A stretch of DNA of 34,443 bases. Origin: a virus (lineage: Duplodnaviria > Caudoviricetes). The stretch covers positions 1-34,443 of IMG/VR virus record IMGVR_UViG_3300016265_000376; one strand, given 5' to 3'. The notes under the pieces were generated by a model. The model was not told where the DNA came from. It was given only the letters and a program-made list of their open reading frames with translations, and did not search any database. The translations under genes were made by a program, and so were the position numbers. Every line of letters starts with the position of its first letter. Within the stretch, counting starts at the first letter, position 1. Of this stretch, positions 26,901 through 34,443 are shown piece by piece.

Positions 26901-29900
26901 TCAGGAATCAATTCAGGAACAACCACAGGAGTTTCCTCAGTTATCTCCAAAGGAACTTCAGCACGTTCTATTTCTTCGCGAGCAGTACTTTTCGCTTCTA
27001 ACTCCTTAAACTTATCTAGTTCTTTGTCGATACTATCTTTATTTGTAGCCAAGTATTCTCCAAACGTCAGAGTATCAACTAACTCTCCCCCAGTATTACT
27101 TGACTTGCCAAACCCAGTTTTCTTTACTGCTGCAAACTTTTTAATAATATTTTTAGCAAAATTCTCTTGCTGATCTAAAGACATCTTGCCTGTATTAACT
27201 CCAGCAATTAGAACATCAGTTAGTAAGGTATCAAACTTTTTGACTTTGCCTTCCATCTCACTAATCTCGTCATCCATCTTCTCAGCCATAGCTTGAAACA
27301 AATCTACTTGCTCATCACTTAAGTCATTAATTGTCTGATACTTAACTCTTTCCTTTTTAGTATCTGCAGTAGTAGTTTCAGATTCTTTAGGATTGTTTTC
27401 TGTAGGTAAAGCTTCAGTCTGTTCTAAGTAGTCTAAGAATACTTCAGTTAGATTTTCCCTATCGCTCTTAAGCTTTTCTAGTTCGGTTTGAGTTTGTCCC
27501 GTTACATGAAAGTACAAATCACTACCATTGTCAGGATCAATCATTGCTTGTACAATCAAGTTTTCAGCATCTTCAACATCCTTCACAGATGTAGTATCTA
27601 TTGGAGGAACTTCGCCATCAGTATTAATTGCATTGATTAAAGGATTATATGTCCCTCTTGCAATAGCTTCTTGCTTAGCTTGTTCTCTTTGCTCTTGTAC
27701 TTTAAGTAATTGATAGTGATACTCTCTAAGTCCTTCAATATGTCTAGCAGGTTGTTTTTCTTTGATTGCACGTGCTAGTTGTGTTTCTGCATTGACAATA
27801 GACTCTGACAAGATTTGACTAGTTGTAGAGTAGCGAGCATCATCTACTTTAGCTTTAATTGTATTGTTTACAATCTGAGTCTTTTGGTCATCCGACATGT
27901 TCTCAAAAATTGCAACTTGTCTTTTGTATTTATCAATACGACCAGTAGCTTCTTCAGCTTCAGCAAGCAATTCTTTTCTTCTGTCTTCAGTAAGAGTTGG
28001 ATCATCACTTGCTAACTTTTCTTCTATGCCTCTAACTTTTAATATTTGCTTAAAGTAGTCAAACTGTTTCTCTTGACTATTTACTAAGTCAGATGTAAAG
28101 ACAGCAGCATCAGGACGATTCTTTAGATTCTGCACACCATACTCATCTGCTACTGCTACTAAATCTTGAAGTCTGCCAAGCATATTACTTGCTTGCGTCT
28201 GATCTAACTCTCCTGCTTTAAACGCAGTATTGATTTTGTTCTTGTAGTAGTCAGCATTAACCATCATATCATACATAGCAGAATACTTCTTATTCTCTGT
28301 GTATGCTTTGATTTGTCTTCCACCTCCTGCAGAAGGAACAAAAAATCCTCCAGCAAAAGCATTTACTATTCCTTCAAAACTTAAAGACTGTGCAGGTTCT
28401 TTTCTGTAGTTAGCGTAATCTGTAAAAGCATCTAAACCTGCATTAGTAAGTTCAGAAAAAACTTCTTCTAGTCCTTCTTCTGTACCACGGCTAATATAGA
28501 ATCTACCAGCAGCACCTAACTTACCATAAATCTCAGCAGAATTACGTGCTAAATATCCTAATGTTTTCTCCGATAGGTTGTTACCAAGTAATCCTGAATA
28601 TAGATTTCTATATTGATTGAAATCTCCTTTCCATTTCTTTCCTATCTTTTCTCCAAGTTTACCTAAACTAATACCTTTCTCAGCAAAGTCATCTAGATAT
28701 TTTAAGTTAGGGAATATGTTTTCTGCTACTAACTCAACTGCTGTTGATATAGCAGCAATATTTCTTGCAATGTCTTGTGGGTTTTTTACTCCCTGCGCTT
28801 CTAATCTCTCTACAGTTCTATTATACTGTTCAGGATACATTACAGCTGTCATACCAATAGCAGAAGGTAATCGGTCAGCCAATACATTCTTTAGTAGGAA
28901 GTTGTTGCTGTTTCTAAAAGTAGAACCCCATGCAGTTGCTGTACTTTTACTAGTTTGTAACGCATTCGCAAAACGTGCAGCATTTGCTTCTCCAAGTAAT
29001 GAACTTGTTACTCCACTTGTAATTCCAGTTTGCAGTGCAGCACCTAGTAGAGACTGTACACCTCTACCTGCAATAGCAAATGCTAATACTTGAGGAACTG
29101 TTTCTGCAGCAGTATTTAAAGTTCCATTAAAACTAAAATTCCAACCTCTAGGATCATACCAACTACTGCCTGGATCTGTCCAAAACATAGTTGTACTAGT
29201 TATAGGTTTACCTGCAAGTATACTTGCATGTTCATCTATAACAGTTGGTACCTCAAGACGCTGACGCATGTAATTATAAAAAGCATTTCTACTTCTATAA
29301 TCTACACTACGAGGTACTCCTAGAACTTCATTTAAAATAGTTTGGTCTACAAACTTGAGTCCCTCTGCTCCCATACCAATAGCTTTTTGGTAAGATCTTT
29401 CAGCTATCTCTTTAGTTTTTACTCCAGTTTGAGTCTTTGAAAAATTTCCAACCATCCAACTATAAGCTACATCTTGGTACCAAGATGTTTGATTTGGATC
29501 ATTCTTTAAATCATTCCAGTGTTTTTCTTTTTCTAAAAAGAGTCTTCTGTCCTCAGCAAAGTTTTTAACTAATGGATTGTTTTTAAGTTCTGAGTAGTTG
29601 TATGTATTTGCAATTGCTTTATCAAACCCATCTGAATAATCTACAAATTGATTTAACTCTCCAATACGAGTTTCGTACTTACGTTTATCTGCTTCTGTTA
29701 AAACACCTTTAGCTTGCTTCTTTTGATAATCAAGATTAAGTTGTTCTCTTTCTCTGATTGTATTGATAGTTTTTTGATAAAACTCTTCAGATAGTCTTTG
29801 TGCAAACTGTATCCCAGAAAATAAAATGTCATCTTTAGCATCTGCAAATCTATAATCTCCCGATGCTCTATTTCTAGTTTGATCAAACTGAGTATTTTTA

Positions 29901-31228
29901 AAAGCACCTTCATAAAGTTGACTTGCAGCTAAAGCATATGAGTTTACATCTTTTGGATTTTTAACTGAAGGATCTATTCCATCGAAATTAACATCCGTAA
30001 CTTTAAATCTATCAGAGTATTTGCCAGGATTAGTATATTTGATATAATCTTGATAGTTAGCAAATACACCTTCTTCTACTAATACTTGTCCTAACCCAAA
30101 AGGAGATTGTTTAAGACTATACTTTTTAGTCTGCTCTTCAAAAAACTTTTCTTTAGTTAAACTTGGATTAATCTTTTGAGCATTCTTATAACGATTATCT
30201 AGAATCTCTAAAGTCTTATTTGCAAGTATTGCTTGGGATCTGTTCTTATATACATCCTCAATTTCTGCTAACAACAAATCTGAATTCTTTTTTGCTATAG
30301 AAGTATAATTTACAAAAACGTTTTCTTCTACGTCCGTTTGTTCTCCTAATCCAACTCTTCCCTTTGTAACATATCTTGTATTGTCTGTTGTATTTCTTAC
30401 AGGTCTTTGTACTGGTTTTAGTGGCAAAGATTTAGATGTTGCATCTATATGCTCTAGTTCTTTTTTAAGTGCCTGATAACCTTTATGCAATGACTCAACA
30501 TCTTTACTTCCCAAAAAGTCATTAACTAACTTTTGATAACTACTTAGTTTTTCTTTGTGTTCTTTAGCAAAAGTATCTGCCATGATAGAATTGTCCATAC
30601 GGGCAGTTACATTGTAGTCATTGTATACTTTATCTAATTTAGTTAACAGTTCATTGTTATAGTTCTTACCTTGAAAAGAAGAAGGAACATAATTTAACTT
30701 AGATATGTTTGTAGGTAAAGAGTCAATCTTACTTTGAATTAAAGTAGATTGTAGTTGGATGTTTAAGTCTCCAAGTTGTTTTGGGTTAAGTTTGGCTAAA
30801 CCTTGTTTTGTAGTCTCATCACTTATTAATGCATTTGGATTACCTATCTGTATAGATTTTTTTGTAGTAGGAGATTGAGTGCTTTGTGCAATTTTATTAA
30901 TAGCAGCTACTTCATCTGTAGTTAAATTTTTTGGTTTGACTCCTGAAGCTGTAGATACAGCAGAAGTTATATTACCTAAAGAAAATCCTGTAACTCCATT
31001 TGCAACTTTGGTAGGACTAGGAGCATTTGGGGAAGGTGCTATTGTACTAGGAGCAGCTACATCTCCAGTAGTCGTACCTTGGTTTACAGTAGTAGAAGTA
31101 CTAGCTCTTAAAAATTCTTTTCTACTAGCCGTTAATGCATCTATTCTATTAGCCTCGGCAAGTGCTGCTTGAGGAGATACTCCTTTACCAATTAAAGAAG
31201 CTGCTTTGATTGTACCTGGAGAAATCAT
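23996..31228 (-). CDS. Giant virion/ejection protein with C-terminal PD-(D/E)XK nuclease domain (2410 aa)
   Basis: Low-complexity S/T/P N-terminus, G/A-rich amphipathic region with EEGLEE, acidic linkers. C-terminal TE...AGAMDILAVDPDGKVHIIDFK...QQTTY fits RecB-type motifs II, III and QxxxY. Confidence 0.78.
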   Translation of the reverse strand: MISPGTIKAASLIGKGVSPQAALAEANRIDALTASRKEFLRASTSTTVNQGTTTGDVAAPSTIAPSPNAPSPTKVANGVTGFSLGNITSAVSTASGVKPKNLTTDEVAAINKIAQSTQSPTTKKSIQIGNPNALISDETTKQGLAKLNPKQLGDLNIQLQSTLIQSKIDSLPTNISKLNYVPSSFQGKNYNNELLTKLDKVYNDYNVTARMDNSIMADTFAKEHKEKLSSYQKLVNDFLGSKDVESLHKGYQALKKELEHIDATSKSLPLKPVQRPVRNTTDNTRYVTKGRVGLGEQTDVEENVFVNYTSIAKKNSDLLLAEIEDVYKNRSQAILANKTLEILDNRYKNAQKINPSLTKEKFFEEQTKKYSLKQSPFGLGQVLVEEGVFANYQDYIKYTNPGKYSDRFKVTDVNFDGIDPSVKNPKDVNSYALAASQLYEGAFKNTQFDQTRNRASGDYRFADAKDDILFSGIQFAQRLSEEFYQKTINTIREREQLNLDYQKKQAKGVLTEADKRKYETRIGELNQFVDYSDGFDKAIANTYNYSELKNNPLVKNFAEDRRLFLEKEKHWNDLKNDPNQTSWYQDVAYSWMVGNFSKTQTGVKTKEIAERSYQKAIGMGAEGLKFVDQTILNEVLGVPRSVDYRSRNAFYNYMRQRLEVPTVIDEHASILAGKPITSTTMFWTDPGSSWYDPRGWNFSFNGTLNTAAETVPQVLAFAIAGRGVQSLLGAALQTGITSGVTSSLLGEANAARFANALQTSKSTATAWGSTFRNSNNFLLKNVLADRLPSAIGMTAVMYPEQYNRTVERLEAQGVKNPQDIARNIAAISTAVELVAENIFPNLKYLDDFAEKGISLGKLGEKIGKKWKGDFNQYRNLYSGLLGNNLSEKTLGYLARNSAEIYGKLGAAGRFYISRGTEEGLEEVFSELTNAGLDAFTDYANYRKEPAQSLSFEGIVNAFAGGFFVPSAGGGRQIKAYTENKKYSAMYDMMVNADYYKNKINTAFKAGELDQTQASNMLGRLQDLVAVADEYGVQNLKNRPDAAVFTSDLVNSQEKQFDYFKQILKVRGIEEKLASDDPTLTEDRRKELLAEAEEATGRIDKYKRQVAIFENMSDDQKTQIVNNTIKAKVDDARYSTTSQILSESIVNAETQLARAIKEKQPARHIEGLREYHYQLLKVQEQREQAKQEAIARGTYNPLINAINTDGEVPPIDTTSVKDVEDAENLIVQAMIDPDNGSDLYFHVTGQTQTELEKLKSDRENLTEVFLDYLEQTEALPTENNPKESETTTADTKKERVKYQTINDLSDEQVDLFQAMAEKMDDEISEMEGKVKKFDTLLTDVLIAGVNTGKMSLDQQENFAKNIIKKFAAVKKTGFGKSSNTGGELVDTLTFGEYLATNKDSIDKELDKFKELEAKSTAREEIERAEVPLEITEETPVVVPELIPEDVTEEFQDSMEALEELPTESEEIIVSEITGEAEVISTIPKERTEYVNNAIKDIVKTTDINSAKAKMAALMQALGKDNAQIQKTLNQMDMVANNQPVDEADYTHTFALYQLARMTETTAPTQQAVTNAADQLGIATDISLEDAKADIERKRQEELNWERRINDSKSKEELLKTIEDISGRTSSDMSMGFNATIAVASQLSDAKRIAIQDLKDIEKFFLKGINAKYDSELAALEKPVEPVVDNVEQTKENTKKKTRKTKATKKPTVAEESQIAEQSKVLTTSPIFRPIYEKEAQNLPFFNIQERIINTLNKEVADKKSSQTGIVDLFSLIEDVMGVDTLNTLETIYNEVQNPNTTKERISELRSQFMGLFPTGFLKQSVLNYMFDTQMINKTIPQGELNLNATDAELLELNKNKTVDVKLASGKEYKNVIIRAKDNMMLFLVRGGKADGSDLWLKVDRTKDKITGLKYPQIGSRPSMFTDLNVLTFTSINSEGKVQKYSKEGNRDANGDHTLVMYLPVKKSVENPNEVDKSFDDLRAGLIEGNRVRINAPITKPVLSVRPLTTIKNEDGSEQVLPSDYAFEFSIGNVINQEKMPTEEVITQAKQVSATIANPIRVTQESTIKAVEKMIADSKTIPDPDKVGYIIGGKKYERQSAFVKRVLGEKTVETEDSQVNMEMGAAVGNLLDIIGRDVLGGNRVKSLSEYITEAQKMGKRLRDGKGYELFFTQAQFDDLVAELEAVRDELIGQGWKLFTEGLIIHREFTEKEKQETGLQGVAGAMDILAVDPDGKVHIIDFKNKKFKDEERFVNTMYSSKQGYPSNVSKWSTQQTTYAILGEDFGLPVDSISILAFASQYTEEDGIISINDLGLGSKKAEVIAKHKNAASKDLIKLSYDAKIIKQINTRTVKPSIPAPATPISVETITENIPEVVSENAQTTVDVLSSLGINLDDYSITLPQEGNIPPDAINEKDC

Positions 31229-32929
31229 TTATCCTTTACCTTTATTAAGTGCGTCTTGAATTCCTTTAAGCACCTTTGGATCTACTGTACCTTCTCCTGT
31301 TTGTCCAGAAGAAGATTTTCCAAAAAGAAGTTTTGCAAGTTCTGGATTAGTTTTATATAACTCTGCTTTTGCGTCTAACTGTCCTTCTGTTTTTGCTTTT
31401 TGCTCATTCTTAAGCTGTTCAGGAGTTTTATTTCCTTTACCTCCTACTTTAGCACGGACTTCAATTTGAGCAATTTGCCCACTAGACATCAGTGTCAAAG
31501 GATTTGATTCAAGGAAGTCTGACAAACTGGTATTGTATCCATTACCCATACTTCTATTAATTGATACAACCAAATCTCCTCTATCTTTATTAGCCTCTGC
31601 ATATTTATAAGTTGTAAGCAAAGTATTCAACTGTTCTAGATAAGCATCTTTAGTTGATTGTGCCAATTTATTGTTAGCATTGATTTGGGATATCATATCA
31701 TTAATAGCTGCAGATCCTTTTGTAGTAGGTACTGAGGTGAGGACTTTAGTTATACCACTTAGACGATTGGCAGATGCCCCGCTTTGTGTAGTATACTCTA
31801 ACTGCTGTTCAAACTCTTTATTTTTTCTAGTCTCTGCACCTTGTGCCGCAATCTCAGAAAGTTTATACTGATGTTCTAGATTAGCCATGTATACCTTGTT
31901 CTCCTTCAACTCTACTTTAGTATTATTGAAAGCTAACTGTTTAGCAATACCATCAACAAAACGTTTAGTAAAGAAAGGAACATATTCACCCATATCAAAT
32001 TCATCTGGATTCATTTTGATATTTTCGTCTGCTGCTTTTATTACCTGTTCGTTATAAGAGATAGCTTGTTGCAAGGAATTCATCTGATCAATTTGTTCAG
32101 CAGTTGGTTTTTTAATAGCACTAAGTCTACCTAATTCTTGCATAGCTCTCTTACGAGTTTGGTCAGCAAGTAACTTTTCTTCTTTGTTACTGCCTACCCA
32201 ACTTTGATATACTACGTCATTCCCCATACGATACATATTGGCTTGTGCATGTACTTGTAGTTGGGCTTGTTCTTCTGGACTAAGACTTGACATAAGTCTA
32301 TTGTAAATGTCTTCTCTTGTCTTACGTTTATGTTCTACTTGCTGTAAGTATCCAGCAGGACCTTGTTCAAAAGTTGTATATGTTTCAGCTTCTATATCTT
32401 TCTCTGCAGCTTTCATCTTAGCACTAATATCTACATACTGCTGATAACTTTTGTTTTTTGCTAACTTAGTATCTAACCCACCACTTTCAATGTATTTATT
32501 TACATCATACATATAAACCAAATCATTATCACTGCTTCGCTTGTCTTTGGCCATACCATTCATCTCAGTTAGTCTGCGTTGGTATTCTTGTCCATTCTCA
32601 AGTGCTATTTTAATGTACTCGTCATTTTCAAATGGCTTACCTAAGTTAATAACTGCTTCTACGTTTCCTATGTTAGCAAAATCAAGTCCTGCATTACTCT
32701 GAACATTTTTAACTACTTTATTAAACTCTTGGTCAAAGTAGTTGCGGGCATTTTCATTGATGATTGTACTACGCATCTTTGCATAGTTATCGTAAACTTG
32801 TTTGATTTGTTTACGACCTTCGTCATACATCTCTTGTTTCTTTAATGCAACTTTAATCAAATCCTCTGCTGGGATTGGACTTATATAATCGTTAGTTACA
32901 AACTGTGTATGTTGTGCTGCAATTGCCAT
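31229..32929 (-). CDS. Putative ejection/cargo protein (566 aa)
   Basis: Helical, Cys-free and tightly packed with its neighbours. Position upstream of the giant-protein cluster corresponds to cargo genes of crAss-like phages (synteny inference). Confidence 0.6.
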   Translation of the reverse strand: MAIAAQHTQFVTNDYISPIPAEDLIKVALKKQEMYDEGRKQIKQVYDNYAKMRSTIINENARNYFDQEFNKVVKNVQSNAGLDFANIGNVEAVINLGKPFENDEYIKIALENGQEYQRRLTEMNGMAKDKRSSDNDLVYMYDVNKYIESGGLDTKLAKNKSYQQYVDISAKMKAAEKDIEAETYTTFEQGPAGYLQQVEHKRKTREDIYNRLMSSLSPEEQAQLQVHAQANMYRMGNDVVYQSWVGSNKEEKLLADQTRKRAMQELGRLSAIKKPTAEQIDQMNSLQQAISYNEQVIKAADENIKMNPDEFDMGEYVPFFTKRFVDGIAKQLAFNNTKVELKENKVYMANLEHQYKLSEIAAQGAETRKNKEFEQQLEYTTQSGASANRLSGITKVLTSVPTTKGSAAINDMISQINANNKLAQSTKDAYLEQLNTLLTTYKYAEANKDRGDLVVSINRSMGNGYNTSLSDFLESNPLTLMSSGQIAQIEVRAKVGGKGNKTPEQLKNEQKAKTEGQLDAKAELYKTNPELAKLLFGKSSSGQTGEGTVDPKVLKGIQDALNKGKG

Positions 32930-34443
32930 TATTGTTGAGTATTAGTTTTAGTTTTTTCAGTCTCGTATATACTTTCCGCCAACTGAATAGGGTCATACCC
33001 TTGTGGGTTTGATATTGTAATAGCTCCAGTCTTACCATCTACTTTATAGTTTCTTACAAAGTTCTCAATGTACAATTTTTTCTTATTTTCTTCCATATTG
33101 TATACTGCTCTCTTCTTACTTGCAGATTCAATTAATGCTTGACGCTGTGCTGTTACTGCATCGTCCGCACCTGCGATAAGAGTGTTATATACATTATCTA
33201 AAGATCGCATATCGTATACATCTTCTTGCCAACGAGCATTTGCATTATACTGATCTGTTGCTGCTCTTTGCTGAGCATCAAAGTTTTGTTTTTCAGAGTA
33301 TAACTTTTGCTTAGCTCCTAACGTAGCAATCAATGCACTGTTAGGATCTGCTCCTGCATTAATAGCTGCCATGTATGAATTATCAACGTCTTGGAGTTGA
33401 GGTTGAATATTTAAAGTCTGAGGCATCAAGTAAGGAGCATTATAATCCATAGGAGCGTATGGGAACATTTGACTGTTAGCCATTCCATAAATCTCTGGAG
33501 CCAACTGAGGATAGTCAAACGGTGCTTTTGTATATTGCCCAGTAGGCGCTCCTGTAAGTTTTGTATTATAGTCCTTTCCTTTGTCTTTTTCTTTTACTGG
33601 AATTCCTGGAGGAGTTTTAGGTTTTTGAGGTTCTTCATCTTCAAAAGCACTTATCTGTCCTATCGTAGTATTTCCACCCCAAGCATCTACAGGAGATATA
33701 GGAAGATTCATCCACATGTGGTCTGCAAGTCCTTCAGGAGCAATTCTAAAACCACGAAGCATATCTACAGACTTACCACTCTGTGCTTTTTTAACTGCAC
33801 CAAATGCTTTATATGCTGCCTGATATTGCTTGGTATAATCCAAGTTCATTTCATCGGCATCAAGTTTATAACCCGTAATATTTCCTTTATTATCTTTGAT
33901 AGGAGTAGGTTGAGTTTTCAACCAAGGAATGTATGTAGAAGCTTTTCCTTCCGCTACATCTTTCACATACTGAGCAGATTCTACATAGTCTTTGAATAAC
34001 TTAACAGTTTTTTTCTGCTTCTCGTTGTCATCCATAGACCTATCTAACTCAGGATTAAACAATGCATCTTCCATGTTGATGCCTTTGTAAAAATCTCTCA
34101 TTGCTACCAATGAGTTATTTCCACCTTCCATAATATCTACTAACTGATTAGCATCTCCAACCATTAGTTTATCATTACCTACATGAAGTTTATAAGCGGA
34201 TAGTAATGAAGGTTCTAATTCATTTCCATACTCATTTAATCTATTTCTAACTAAGTTAAATACATCTCCTCCGTATTGGTCTCTTAAACTTTTGCCTTTA
34301 AATTCTCCTTGTCCTTCTACAAATACTTTTTTACCATTAGGTAAAGTTTTATAGTATATAGAGGTAGGATCTGACGCATTAGTTTTTGCTACGGTTCCTG
34401 CGGAAGTTGCGTCTGCTTGAGTTGCTCCAGCAATTTCTGAAGC
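32929..34443 (-). CDS. Putative ejection/cargo protein, C-terminal part (gene begins right of the window)
   Basis: The frame stays open from 34164 to the window end (manual translation found no stop). Q/N/A-rich helical C-terminus; TAATG-coupled to the 566 aa gene. Confidence 0.6.
   Translation of the reverse strand, partial: ASEIAGATQADATSAGTVAKTNASDPTSIYYKTLPNGKKVFVEGQGEFKGKSLRDQYGGDVFNLVRNRLNEYGNELEPSLLSAYKLHVGNDKLMVGDANQLVDIMEGGNNSLVAMRDFYKGINMEDALFNPELDRSMDDNEKQKKTVKLFKDYVESAQYVKDVAEGKASTYIPWLKTQPTPIKDNKGNITGYKLDADEMNLDYTKQYQAAYKAFGAVKKAQSGKSVDMLRGFRIAPEGLADHMWMNLPISPVDAWGGNTTIGQISAFEDEEPQKPKTPPGIPVKEKDKGKDYNTKLTGAPTGQYTKAPFDYPQLAPEIYGMANSQMFPYAPMDYNAPYLMPQTLNIQPQLQDVDNSYMAAINAGADPNSALIATLGAKQKLYSEKQNFDAQQRAATDQYNANARWQEDVYDMRSLDNVYNTLIAGADDAVTAQRQALIESASKKRAVYNMEENKKKLYIENFVRNYKVDGKTGAITISNPQGYDPIQLAESIYETEKTKTNTQQ

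Noticed and set aside
8879-31228. Stop-codon reassignment as seen in some crAss-like phages
   Set aside because: ORFs of 6-8 kb are uninterrupted in the standard code. TGA ends the kinase and receiver genes at coupled junctions, and TAG ends the 92 aa gene.
9820-33999. Numerous + strand ORFs of 61-176 aa, and the nested - strand ORF 29698-29913, inside the giant and cargo genes
   Set aside because: Antisense or alternate-frame shadows of long genes, with S/F/L/I-skewed composition and no motifs.
1-34443. tRNA, rRNA, CRISPR array, integrase or transposase
   Set aside because: Intergenic gaps are all under ~80 nt, and no such structures or motifs were seen.

Overview
A 34.4 kb segment of an AT-rich, crAss-like (Crassvirales-related) tailed phage genome. 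The host is probably in the Bacteroidota, judged from three ACTTG-N19-TAnnTTTG promoters, no obvious Shine-Dalgarno sites and signal peptides cleaved before Gln. The genetic code is standard. The first ~1.1 kb (+ strand) holds the 3' end of a tail-fibre-like gene, two small genes and an intrinsic terminator. Everything else is on the - strand. From right to left: two probable ejection/cargo proteins; giant virion proteins (2410 aa with a C-terminal PD-(D/E)XK nuclease, a ~2670 aa two-barrel virion RNA polymerase with a DYDID motif and appended ASCH domain, a 198 aa protein, and 2148 aa with a zincin HEXXH domain); a cluster of fibre/lectin-like genes; a holin and an overlapping spanin-like pair; a translationally coupled PAS histidine kinase, single-domain response regulator, membrane protein and micro-protein; and a secreted NucA-type nuclease. 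Two observations stand out. (1) The four consecutive giant-cluster proteins (~7,400 aa) contain only six cysteines, one at each facing terminus, suggesting a head-to-tail disulfide chain in gene order. (2) A complete two-component system sits directly behind the lysis genes. All assignments come from reading motifs by eye; no searches were run.
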